Source: Eledone cirrhosa
Taxonomy: Eukaryota
Assembly: GCA_964016885.1 (NCBI GenBank)
Contig: OZ024766.1
Coordinates: 14,074,001 to 14,138,000, forward strand
DNA: 64,000 nucleotides
Direction of reading: 5' to 3'
A model generated the notes under the pieces. It was given only the letters and a program-made list of their open reading frames with translations, made no database searches and had not been told where the DNA came from. The translations under genes were made by a program, and so were the position numbers. How positions within the stretch are numbered: the stretch's first letter is position 1; each line of letters begins with the position of its first letter. This document shows, piece by piece, positions 41,970 through 53,985 of this stretch.

Positions 41970-43681
41970 CTGTAACAGGAAAACATTGGTGTAGATCAGG
42001 GATTGCCAACTTCTTTGCCTCCATGGGCCGGACGAACGCCATAAAAGAATAATTATGGAAAATTACACAAGCTAAAATTTTTATCTCGAGTGTCGACTAT
42101 ACTATTCATTTCTCAAATCTTGAATTATATTCACAAATACCTCTGAATCCTGTGATTTCCCTCCTTGAAATGATGGAAAATGCACATAATTTTTATTTCA
42201 AAGTTGATGTTCCCACAACTGTAGCTTTTTTTCAAAGGCAACAATATGGTTATACATTTCATTTACGAGCTGAGTTTTACCTTGAAGTTGTAAATTTAAG
42301 TTATTTAACCCTTTAGCACTTACATTACTCTATATTTACTATTGTAATGTCACAGTAAACACTTTATCTTATATAGTTATCTCACATAATATTGAATCTA
42401 TGAGATTTTGATAATATTTATTTTGAGAAGAATACCTTAACGTCAGTATGAGTGGCTAGTTACAGCCGGTTTGAACAGAAAAAAGTGAGAGATTTCTGGC
42501 CGGATATGGCCGGTTTAAATGCTAAAGGGTTAAACGAGTCACAATATCCTCAATAAATACCAAAGTTGTAACAGCAGGCCTTTTATTGTATTCGAAAGGA
42601 ATAATACGTATTATTCTTTTATAATCTTTTATAATCTCTATAATTGTATTATTCTTTATCGAAAGGTTGTGAGTTCAATTCTCCGACCGGTTAATGTGTT
42701 GTTTCCTTGAGCAAGACACTTTATTTCAAATTGCTCCAGTTTACTCAGCTGTAGAAATGAGATGATAGGGACTGGAGTCCTTATCATTCCACTGTAAAGT
42801 GGTCGTAGAGGTGCCACGGCAAAAAATCACCCAGCACTCACTGTAAATGAGGTTGGTTTTAGGAAGGGCATCAAGCTGTAGAAATCAAGCCAGAATCAGT
42901 TCCTGTCCCACTCTTGCAAGCAGGGAAAAGGGGACGTAAAATGAAATGATTTCATAATTCAGGGGTTGATAAAATATAGTACCAGTGATATCCTGGGGTT
43001 GATTTAATAGAATAGCTTAACACACACTCACATATATATATATATCTACTAACCAAAGTATCGCGTGATCTGGTGCGTTATGGTCCACTTCGTTCCTTAC
43101 CATACTTCCTACCACACACACACATATATAGATATATACTTATAAATATATACAGAATAAGGAGCAGGTATTACAATAACCTGGGGTTCAAGGGCCCTCA
43201 CCTCTTCAACAAGCTGCCAAGGAATTTGAGAGATCTGCATGGTGTGGACGTGGATGTTTTCAAGGAACATCTCGACACCCTGTTACCAGGATCCTGGATG
43301 AGCCCACAGCATGGTTCGAAGGTAACCTAAGGGCAGCAACAACGAACCCCCTCTTTGCCAAATGGCCAACCAACACAGGTTGGAGAAAGAATGTGTAACA
43401 AGGGCATGCCCCAGCATGGCCTCAACTGGATCGCTGGAACACGTTAAAAGAGTAAAAGAGAATATATATATATATATATACATATAATGTAGGAGGTGAG
43501 TTTTATTGTAGTACAATAAAGCAATGCAGATATCGGATAAGAAGCACTCTACAGTTTGTAGGACTGGAGTATACATAATATAAGATCAAAAGATGGTTAA
43601 AGGAGTTCCATGTATTTTATTATGCGAATTTAAAACTGCACTATCCACAAGTGTTTTTTTAGCCTTCATATCATGTTCTCC

Positions 43682-43752
43682 TGTTTTATCTGATGAAAAC
43701 ACAAATATTATTGCATGATGATGTTTGTTTTTGAAATGCGCATAATAAAATA
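43682..43752 (+). ncRNA. Type I hammerhead ribozyme motif, unit 9
   Basis: Identical to 7255-7325. Confidence 0.8.
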
Positions 43753-44309
43753 CATGGAACTCCTTTAACCATCTTTTGATCTTATATTATATATACATAT
43801 ATATATATTTATATTTATATTTCTGGCTATTTCTGGCTGTCGATGGTCCTATTCAGGCCACTGGGATGACGTTGTTCAACGAGTGTATTTTTAAAAAAAT
43901 GCAACAAGTGGTTCAAATCATTCGCAGATTTGCATTTGCTGTGTAAACGCAGATGGTTATTTTTCTTCTCATTTGGTGAACATCCAAGAATTTAACTGCT
44001 GTGATTTACGGATTAATAGGTGAAATATATTTCTTACTTAAAGAAATATATACAAAGGAGATTAATCATTTTAAAAGGTATCTATATTTGAAGTTCTAGT
44101 CAAGCTTTAATTAGTTACCTACCTAGCTATGTGTGCCTACATTCTTTACAAATTATTCCCTGTGATTGTTTCATGTATTTATTATATATATATATATATA
44201 TATGTCAATCTATTTCTAGTTGATATGTAATGCTCGGATCTAATCTTTCAGCTTATTCTACGCATGGTGCATGTCTCTCAGACATGACAACCCTTAATTT
44301 TAATTTCGG

Positions 44310-44377
<68 letters not shown>

Positions 44378-44655
44378 CTCAGAGTACTCAATACTTAGGG
44401 TAGAAGAGTGGGTAATAGGAAAAGAGCCAGGAACCCAACAGCTGAGCTCTGGCCAGAGATCAGCAGTTGGGGTCCTGACTCTTTTCCTATACATATATAT
44501 ATATATATATATATTAATATATATATATATATTAATAAAACCATATTTATTTTATTATACATATTTCAAGGCAACCAAGGCAAACTGTTGAGTGCTTTAT
44601 ATCAGTTATAAACATTTTTAAGCTTATTGAATCCCAACAAATTAAATATAACCTC

Positions 44656-44710
<55 letters not shown>

Positions 44711-45116
44711 CAACATTAGAATTACTACTACATTTTACTTTCTATCTCTCTGCCTCTTCCACTTTTAGTCTCCATTCTTCCCACTTTCTCTCTCTCCCTC
44801 TCTCTCTGTCTCTCTCACATCTCTTTCTCTCCCTCTATCTCCCTCTCTCGATATCCCTCTCTTTCTCTCTCTCTCTGTCTCTATCGCCCCCTCTCTCTCT
44901 ATCTCTCCTCCTGTCTCTCCCATACACTTACCTAAGGTCATGTAATTTAACTGGGTGTGACTTTCTCTAAAAGTTAATACAAAGACTTGCTTTCAACTGA
45001 CAGAAACATAGCTACGATGTTGCACACTCATATCATGTGTCTGTATGGCTGACTGTCTGAACTTCATACAGAAATAAAAAACCCACACAACCAACATTCT
45101 GGGGTTGATAAAATAT

Positions 45117-45300
45117 AATTGTTTCTACTTTAGGCACAAGGCCAGCAAATACCCAGTTCATTACTGGTACTTTATTTTATCGACCCCGTAAGGATGAAAG
45201 GCAAAGTCAACCTCGGCGGGATTTGAACTCAGATCGTAAAGGGACGTAACTATGCTGGAAAGCATGGCGTCTGACCCTCTACCGATACTGCCAATCCACT
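45117..45300 (-). mobile_element. Full-length tRNA-derived SINE at the array boundary
   Basis: Reverse complement of the family at 3950-4138, uninterrupted. Confidence 0.85.
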
Positions 45301-45459
45301 AATACCAGTGACATACTGGGGTAGATTTAATAGACTAAAACTAACTTTACCTCTCATACTTCTGGGGTTGATAAAATATGGTACCAGTGACATACTGGAG
45401 TAGATTTAATAGAATAGCTTAACACACACACACACATTTATATATATATATATATACAT

Positions 45460-45572
45460 GAAAAGGTTCAGGACCCCGACGGCAGAGCTCAAGCCGTTTC
45501 TAAGGCTATTTTTGGACTAGATATAGCCGTTGAAAGGGCTTGAGCTCTGCCGTCGGGGTCCTGAACTTTTTC
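45460..45572. repeat. ~50-bp-arm fold-back inverted repeat
   Basis: gaaaaggttcaggaccccgacggcagagctcaagcc ... ggcttgagctctgccgtcggggtcctgaactttttc; same dispersed family as 13117-13192. Confidence 0.85.
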
Positions 45573-45873
45573 CTATTACCCACTGTACTACCCAAAGTTT
45601 CGAGTGCTATTCCTGCGTTATGGTCCACCTGGTTCCTTACCATACTTCCTTCGGTTTCATAAATAGAATTTTAGTCTACGACTTCAGTTATACCATAAAC
45701 GTGGTTTTGTCGTTGCGTGTAATTGTTTCCCCGCTCCCCATAATGACGTATTATCTTCGTTTTTTTCTGTTCTTTGCCAGGGAACCTTTCCACGAACCAA
45801 AGTATTGTCTTCCTGTCTTCGGTTGAAACGTTTTTTGAAATACTTACTTCTGTATTCACAGATTGACTTTGTT

Positions 45874-45924
45874 AGTTTCAGAAGATCCCGTTAAGGATGA
45901 AAGCAGCGATTCTTTGCTTAAACT
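45874..45924 (+). ncRNA. Degenerate type I hammerhead motif in a Penelope-like terminal repeat (~45660-46072)
   Basis: AGUUU - CAGAAGA (U4 mutated to A) - UCC/GGA stem II - GAAA - GCA..UGC stem III - UU - AAACU. Confidence 0.45.
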
Positions 45925-46067
45925 TTAATCTGTTATTTTAATAAATATATATATATTTTTAACCATCTTTTAATTTCTTCTTTAATATATACTCCAGTTC
46001 TACCAACTGTTGAGTGCTACTTATCTGATATATGCATAGTTTTATTGTTCTGCAATATTACTCACCT

Positions 46068-46178
<111 letters not shown>

Positions 46179-46195
46179 GTATACGTATATATATA

Positions 46196-46877
46196 TTGTG
46201 TCGATGAGTGTGGGGCTGAGAATGAATGAGACTAAAACAAAATATCTGGTAGAGAATGTTGAGAAGCCAGAGGGGATCACTAATGTAGGCGGGAAGCCGC
46301 TAGAATTGGTTGAGGACTTCTTGTATTTGGGAGCAAAGATTGGGAATACCGAAGATGATGTGGTTGAGAGGAAGAGCAAAGCCTGGGCGGCGTGTCACAG
46401 CTTGGGTTCGGTGTGGAAGTCGGACCTTCGTAAAGACCTGAAAATCCGCCTCTTCATTGCTGTAGTGTAGTCTGTGCTGCTGTACGGGTCTGAGACTTGG
46501 ACACTGACCAAGAAACTCACTCAGATGGGTGCTACACGAGAATGCTGAGGATGGCTCTGAACATTAATCAGTATACACTGAGGTTGAAAAACTCAGAGCT
46601 GTATGGGAGCATCCCAAAAGTCAGCTCAAAAGTGACACAGAGGAGACTGGGTTTAGCTGGACATACTCGCCGACATCCAGAGTTGACATTGCACTCAGTG
46701 CTCCTGTGGGAGCCCCTACATGGCCACACTGGAAGAGGAAGACCAAGGTTAACATATGTTGATGCCCTAAGGACAGACACTGGTCTGTTGGAGACGCGGG
46801 ACATGGCAGTGATAATGAGGGACAGAGACCGCTGGAGAGAACTCGTCCATGGATCTCGGAAATTTTACCCGCCCTAG
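46196..46877 (+). mobile_element. RTE-like LINE ORF2 3' fragment (disrupted)
   Basis: [55 protein letters not shown]; internal stop and frameshift. Confidence 0.85.
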
Positions 46878-46984
46878 AATAGAATATATATATATATATA
46901 AATGGAAAAAATGAAATTTCATTTCTCACCCTTATATATATGTATGTATATGTATATATATATATATGCACACACATATATGTA

Positions 46985-47972
46985 TCATCATCATCATCAT
47001 CATCACCGTTTTACGTCCGTTCTTCCACGCTAGAATGGGTTAGACGGGTTGTTCTGTTGTGTGCAGTGTCTGGTCGGCTGATACAGGATCTGCCTTGCTC
47101 ATACAGGAACTGATTTTGGCTTGATTTCTACAGCTGGATGCCCTTCCTAACACCAACCTCATTTACAGTGAGTGCTGGGTGCTTTTTCGTGGCGCCTACA
47201 CGTCCAATTTACAGTGTGGGCTGGGTGCTTTTTTGCTGTGGCACCTCCACGACCACCTTACAGTGGGAGGGTGTGGGGGCATATTGTCTATATGCATCAG
47301 CTTGTACCCATGGGAGGTCGGGTACTCTGTATTACTGCGTGACGCCAGAAGTCATCGCCTTTGAGAGGTGTAGTTGGGTAAGGTCGGCTTTTATCACCTC
47401 ATCCCAGGTCTTCTTGGGTCTCCCCACTCCGCGGTTTCCATCGACTTCTAGTGCTCTGCACCTTTTTATGCAGCTGTCATCCTTCATACGCATCACATGT
47501 CCATACCAGCGCAACCGCCTCTCTTGCACACAGCATTTGATTCCTCTTATGCTCAGTCTCTCTCTCAATTCATTTATGCTTTGTTGTTCACATATATTAC
47601 TATTACACATCCATCAGAGCATGCGGGCTTTGTTTCTCTCTAATCTACGTAAGTATTCCACCTTCAGCGCCCAGGTCTCACTACCATGCAACATCGCTGT
47701 TCGGATACACGCATCATACAGTCTGCCTTTCATTTTGAGAGAGAAGGCTTTTGCAGCTAGCAGTGGCAGTAGCTCCCTGAACTTCTTCCATCCCGTTCTT
47801 ACCCTAGTTATTGTACTTTCCGAACACCCACCCCCGCTGCTAATTCGGTCACCTAGGTAACAGAAGCTGTCTACTGTTTCTACAGGGCCCTCCCAGAGAT
47901 TGGTGGTACTTGTTTCCTTTGGCAGTTTGCTGCTTGCTGTCTCAGCACAGCTGCTGCATGTGAAGCCTACAT
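46985..47972 (-). mobile_element. RTE-like LINE 3' end with 3' UTR and (TGA)n tail
   Basis: [50 protein letters not shown]; (cat)n at ~46985-47005. Confidence 0.9.
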
Positions 47973-47995
47973 GTATGTATATATATACATATATG

Positions 47996-48057
<62 letters not shown>

Positions 48058-48101
48058 TATATGTATGTATATATATATAAAACATATTATAAAATAAGAA
48101 G

Positions 48102-48133
48102 AAATATTAGACATAAATTTTTATGTACCTCTC

Positions 48134-48177
<44 letters not shown>

Positions 48178-48209
48178 GAGAGGTACACAAAAAATTATGT
48201 CTAATATTT
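48102..48209. repeat. Inverted repeat (36-bp arms, 2 mismatches) around (TA)n
   Basis: aaatattagacataaatttttatgtacctctcatta-(TA)n-taatgagaggtacacaaaaaattatgtctaatattt. Confidence 0.85.
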
Positions 48210-48267
48210 ATATATATATATTTATATATACAGATAGATATATATAGGTGTATATATATATATATAT

Positions 48268-48410
48268 GTCATCATCATCATCACCATTTTACGTCGATTC
48301 TTCCACGCTAGCATGGGTTAGACAGATTGTCCTGTTGTGGGCAATTTTAGATCGTCTTGCTCATATGGGAACTGATTCTAGCTTCATTTCTATAGCTGGA
48401 TGCCCTTCCT
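48268..48410 (-). mobile_element. Short 3' tail fragment of the same RTE-like family
   Basis: (tca)n-ccattttacgtc..ttccacgctagcatgggttagac..ctggatgcccttcct, similar to 46985-47150. Confidence 0.7.
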
Positions 48411-48429
48411 ATCACACAGACACACACAC

Positions 48430-48460
<31 letters not shown>

Positions 48461-48496
48461 GCATATGTGTGTATGTATGTGTTATGTATATAAACA

Positions 48497-48529
<33 letters not shown>

Positions 48530-49589
48530 TACATATATAGCAATATGTATGTAAACAACGCTAGAAGTACCAAATAAATCTATATCCTGTTTCTTTATAT
48601 TGTTGTGATAAAATAGTTTATTTTACTAAATAGGAAATGTGATAAAAACTGTACACCCTACCTGGCAATTTCTAGCTTTAGTACATTTGTACGTAAAGAT
48701 ATATTGTAATTTCAGTTACAGTAAGTTAATCTATAAACTGTAATTCGTATCTCTGCAAAATGTTATTACAAAATATGTTTTATAAAGAAAGTTATAAGAA
48801 CATTTAGTGAGGGGCTCTCTAGTCTAGATTACTATCATAAATTTTACAGTGGAAGGGAGATAATAGCAAATCGAAGGCTTTAAAGATTTATTCCCCTTTG
48901 TTAAACGTTTCAGTCTGTGTGGTAAATACAAATGTTAGAAATGGCAGCCAAGTAATAAAAATATGTAACGTGGAAAATGTTAGAAATAGCAGCTAAATAA
49001 GCTCTAAATTTTCATATGTATGTTAACATGCATGTGATAAAAATATATTTCTAGACGTATATCATATCATATATATTTTTAGCGGTCTTTTGGTCTATTC
49101 ACCACCATGGGCTATAAAACATCTTTTCTCTACACCGTGTGTGTTTTCTTAGTTATCTAATATATTTTTAGAAGTGTTGATCATATTGATAGGTATCCGC
49201 CGATGAGCTACATCTACAATATATATTCTTCACTTTTATAGCGAAACATACTCTCATTTGAGCATGTCTGGATGTTATAGTTATAAATAGATGGTTAGTA
49301 CACTTTAATATATTATTTTAATTGATTTGTATCCAGTATTACTTCCATAGTTAATATGTTCGTCACTCTGGTGGTTTTTAATCTTCTATAATTGAACACA
49401 TATCTCTATGTGTACTTCTCTCTATATGGTGATTTATAAAAAACCCGGAATCTAAACCTTGAGCTCATTAAATTATAGGGGATTAATGTGAGTCTTAAAC
49501 AAAAATATATCATACACAAGAGATGTCAACATGAATGGACCTGATATCTAAAGATATTTTTTCCAATTCCATCCTGCCCGTCCCTTCAA

Positions 49590-49625
49590 TCTTCTGATGA
49601 AAGACTAGCGTCCGAAACGTTAAGA
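49590..49625 (+). ncRNA. Minimal type I hammerhead ribozyme motif
   Basis: UCUU - CUGAUGA - AA GAC UAGC GUC C - GAAA - CGUU (palindromic AACGUU stem III) - AAGA. Confidence 0.6.
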
Positions 49626-50005
49626 CCCTCTTCCTGCTATTTCAAGCATTAACCTAATATATTCCTTCCATATACTGTACTGATTGTATTGTTATTTCTG
49701 TTTACCCTTTACATACATATATATATATATAAAATGGAAAAACTCGGTGTTTAAACAGCAAAATACCGTCAAAGCTGTGTTGGGTAAAACATTACCTCGA
49801 AGGACAGAAGTCAGCAACTTGATGTGAGTTGACTCAAAGAAATGATCGGAAGGAAGAAATAGAATGGGTGAGAGGAGGTCACAAATATTAAAATACATTC
49901 ATCATATCTCAGACCACCTGCAGTTTCAATGATTTATCTGAGATGACTGCGAAGAATGAGAGGCTCGTAACAACAGAGAAATAAATATCTTTGTTGGTAC
50001 CCATT

Positions 50006-51056
50006 CTATTTCTTCCTTCCTATCATTTCTTCACTATATTTATTGTTAATTCTCACCTTGCTCACCGTTTCTTTATACATGGCTCTCACATGCCATTCAT
50101 CTACTCCTAGTTTTCTAAGGGTCCACCAGAAAATGTAGCTGAGGACTCTGTCTAAGGCTTTCTTCAAGTCAACGAAAGCTAAGTATAGGGGTTTACTTTT
50201 AGCTAGGTACTTCTCCTGTAGTTGTCGTACAAGGAAAAGAGTGTCTGTGGTACTTTTACCTGACACAAACCAAAACTGCATTTCATCTAGATCAATTCTG
50301 TCTCTGATTAGTTGTGCAATAACTCTTTCTGTGACCTTCATGACCTGGTCAACTACCTTAATGCCTCTATAGTTTCCCCTATCTAGGGCATCTCTTTTAA
50401 CCTTGTAGCAGTTAACGATGATGCTGCTATGCCAGTCATTTGGTATGACCCCATTCTGTATTACTTGGTTTACTGTCTGGGTGACCATAGTATGTCCCAC
50501 CATTCCAGATGCTTTCAACATCTCAGCAACTATCTCCGAAGGCCCAGCTGCCTTGCCTGCCTTCATATCTTTGATTGCCTTACTTATTATACTACCTTCA
50601 ACTTGCACTGCTGGTCCCTCTATTGGATCAATTTGGGGAAGACTATCTTTTTCCCATTTATTCTCCTCATTTAGTAGCCTCCCGTAGTGACACTTCTGAG
50701 CTATCTTCTTATCAGTAAAAGTGAGGGCAAGTACACCATCATCATTAAGGACACACTTCTCCCTGACAGTATCACGATTTTCCTTGACACATTGTTTAGC
50801 AATCCTGAACACCTCAGGTTTTTGGTCCTCGTGTTGTAGAAAATGCTTGAACTTTCTATCCCCTGCTTCCCTTCTTGCAAGGTACACTTGTCTCCTAGAT
50901 TCTCTCCTAGCCACTTGATAGTGTTCTCTACTTCCCCCATCCCACCATACTACTCCACCCAGCCCATTGTCATTTCCCACCCAGAAAGGTTTATAACATC
51001 GTTTTTTACCCACAATGAATCTAGCAGACCAGCCCCTCCATCTAGTCTCTTGAACA
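50006..51056 (-). mobile_element. RTE-like LINE ORF2 fragment (N-terminal part of the reverse transcriptase), decayed
   Basis: MKAGKAAGPSEIVAEMLK..NYRGIK..QFWFVSGKSTTD..LYLAFVDLKKALDRV..LRKLGV motifs; truncated before the YADD motif. Confidence 0.9.
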
Positions 51057-51106
51057 CAAATATATATATATAGATGATCTCTCTCTCTCTATATATATAT
51101 ATATAA

Positions 51107-51140
<34 letters not shown>

Positions 51141-51237
51141 GATGATCTCTCTCTCTCTATATATATATATAATCTCTCTCTCTCTCTATATATATATAGA
51201 TGATCTCTCTCTCTATATATATATATATATAATCTCA

Positions 51238-51280
<43 letters not shown>

Positions 51281-51290
51281 GATCATCTCA

Positions 51291-51323
<33 letters not shown>

Positions 51324-51502
51324 GATCATCTCTTTCTCTCTCTATATATATAATCTCTCTCTCTCTATATATATATATATAATCTATATATATATATAGA
51401 GAGAGAGAGTGAGATTATATATATATATATATATATATATAATCTATATATATATATATAATCTCTCTATATATATTATCTCTCTCTCTCTATATATATA
51501 TA
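51057..51502. repeat. Compound (TA)n/(TC)n microsatellite tract
   Basis: Alternating TA and TC runs with recurring gatgatc/aatc linkers. Confidence 0.9.
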
Positions 51503-51702
51503 TATTATTATTATGTAATAAACAACATAAGGCAATTATTCCATTTACCAGTGGTTTCTTAAAAGCAAAAGGTTTTGCTTTCAATCCTCAGAATGAAAAA
51601 TGGATTTTTCATTCTGAGGATTGAAAGCAAAACCTTTTGCTTTTAAGAAACCACTGGTAAATGGAATAATTGCCTTATGTTGTTTATTACATAATAATAA
51701 TA
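51503..51702. repeat. Perfect 200-bp palindrome (99-bp arms, 2-nt GG spacer)
   Basis: 51503-51601 is the exact reverse complement of 51604-51702. Confidence 0.95.
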
Positions 51703-53124
51703 ATTAAGCTCTGTTGCATACATAGAGCACTCTTTTTTCCTGGACTTTTCCGATGGAATTACTTCATTCATACATATATATATATATAAGATCTCTCTCT
51801 CCCTATATATATATATATATATATAATCTCTCTCTCTCTCTATATATATATATAACCTCTCTCTCTCTCTCTCTATATATATACTACATACATACACTAT
51901 AATGTTGTCCAAAGGAATGGCTGAAACAGGTTGACACCAATGATGTCACAGCTCATCATTTAATATCCAATCTGATGAGTCCACTCCGGTTGCTAAGGTC
52001 TGGGAAGTTGAGTTTGTTACAAAAAAATCACTAAAACCAAGATACAGGGTTGGTATAACTACCTGGTTTGTATGTGGTGTGGTGTGGTATGGTGTATGTC
52101 TGTTGTGTGGGGTGTGGTGTGTGTGTGCAGAGTGATGTGGTTTTGTGTGTGTGTAGTATATAGAGGACATTTTACAAACATAGGACCTGTGTGTGGACTC
52201 TACCCCCTACAAGCCTCTCAGGAATGGGTAAAGATAAAGAGAAGAAAGTTGTAAAGTATTTTCAAATGTTAATTTTTTAAAAAGTCCTAATTTGAACTGT
52301 CATGACCGTACCATCCAACAAATATTAAAGTTGTAAAATTGTTTTTATTTAAACATAAATGTGGATATTTTGTCACAAATATGAATATAAACCAGTTGAG
52401 GTTTATAAAATAAATACATTCATCTTTTGTTTTGTTTTTCTTGCACTGATGGAGTCATAGGGGTGTCACTGTGGACATTTGAAGCTTGGTGGAGCCCTTC
52501 ACTCACCAGGGTGGAACAGTTGATTACTTCTTGAGAAGGAGAGAGAATAAGAGAGAGGAAGTGAGAAAGAAATATAGGGAGGAAGAACAGACCCCAGTGG
52601 TAGACTGGTACTTTTTTCTTATCAACCTTGAATGGATGAAAGGCAAAGTTGACCTCAGCAGGATTTAAACTCAGAGCTGAGAACCAGAACAAATATGGCA
52701 GAAAGCATTCTATCTATTGTTTTATAGACTTTAAATAACTGTTTCTACTTTTAACTCAAGGCCACAATTGGATGGGAAGGAGAAAGTTGATTAAATCAAC
52801 CCCAGTAGATTACTGGTACTTTATTTTACTGAACCTCTGAGCAAGAAAAGTAAAGCTAACCTCAGCAAGATTTTAATACAGAATGTAAAGGGATGTAACT
52901 ATATGACACAAAGCATATCGTCTGACACTCTACTGATTCTGCCAATACACCACCCTCAACAATGAGGTGTCTCTATAAGAAACCTTAATGACAAATAATA
53001 TGAAGTAGAACTTCCTCCAAAGAGTATTTGTGGATTACAGTACAAAACCTCTGAGAATGATTTCCAACATATTTCACCATAATAAATGTTCATTAATATA
53101 TATTATTATCATTATCATTTATTA

Positions 53125-53410
53125 AGTCGGTGGATTGGCCAGAACAATTCTACTCTCCTTTTTTAGATGTCACAATCTTTCATGGCATTCCTGAGATCAT
53201 TAATCTCCAGCTGGACATCCAGAGACATCTGATCTATGTAGGTCAATCTCAGTCATCCCACTCGGGTCTTACTATGTTTAGGTATCCACCACAGGAGCCA
53301 GCTCATCAGGTCATCTTACCCTCAATAGCAATGCCCAGCATATATTGTCCTCTGCTCCCTAGTTATTGTGGTAATCTTCGATATATGGGAGTATATTTCT
53401 TCCGCTTGAG
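53125..53410 (-). mobile_element. Degraded RTE-like LINE 3' fragment (duplicated at ~60340-60620)
   Basis: The minus strand reads LLWWIPKHSKTRVG*LRLTYIDQMSLD..DLRNAMKD, homologous to the C-terminus of the 46196-46877 element. Confidence 0.6.
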
Positions 53411-53454
53411 TGAGGTATACACATATATATGTTGAAATGTATAAGAGAAGGATT

Positions 53455-53985
53455 TCATATTTCACATGAATAAGGTTTGTCTCCGTTATGTGTTCTTCTA
53501 TATCTTTTCAAGACACAGCTCAAGGCAAAATATTTGCCACATGTTTCACAGTGGAAGGGTTTCTCTCCAGTGTGTATTGTCATATGTCTTTTCAAGTCAC
53601 CACTCAATGCAAAAGATTTCCCCCATATTCCACAATGGTAGGGTTTTTCTCCAGTATGACTCCACATGTGGATGACAAGATTAGAATTATAAGTAAAATA
53701 TTCCTCACATATTTTACAGTGGAAGGGTTTTTCTCCAGTGTGTATTCTTTTCTGTTCTACAAGGTTAAAACCACGAGAAAAAGATTTCCCACATATTTCA
53801 CAATGGTAAGGTTTTTCTCCAGTATGACTTCGCATGTGGATGACAAGTTTAGAATTATCAGTGGAAGATTTCCCACATATTTCACACTGGAAGGGTTTTT
53901 CTCCAGTGTGCATTCTTTTGTGTGAGGTTAGATTCAGTTTTGAAGGGAAAGTTTTCCTGTAAATCTCACAGCTATATTCAGACAT
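53455..53985 (-). pseudogene. Degenerate single-exon C2H2 zinc-finger gene (likely pseudogene)
   Basis: HTGEKP linkers and 7 finger positions, but only fingers 2 and 4 keep all four Zn ligands (others read CEIYRK, LVEQKRIH, CGIWGK, LKRYRRTH; the last finger is cut by a stop). Confidence 0.75.

Larger units (their letters stand above)
1..45127. repeat. Tandem segmental array of >=9 units of ~5 kb, each containing one EGF-like exon
   Basis: The same ordered blocks recur. Exon-to-exon periods are 4597, 5131, 5173, 6056, 4882, 4572, 5163 and 5451 bp. Homology ends at ...aattgtttcta (45127), and the array runs off the left edge. Confidence 0.97.

Noticed and set aside
48655-48755. Possible upstream exon of the EGF gene (CAG|GTAGG donor on the minus strand)
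   Set aside because: Stops in all frames between the candidate acceptor and donor; no recognisable domain.
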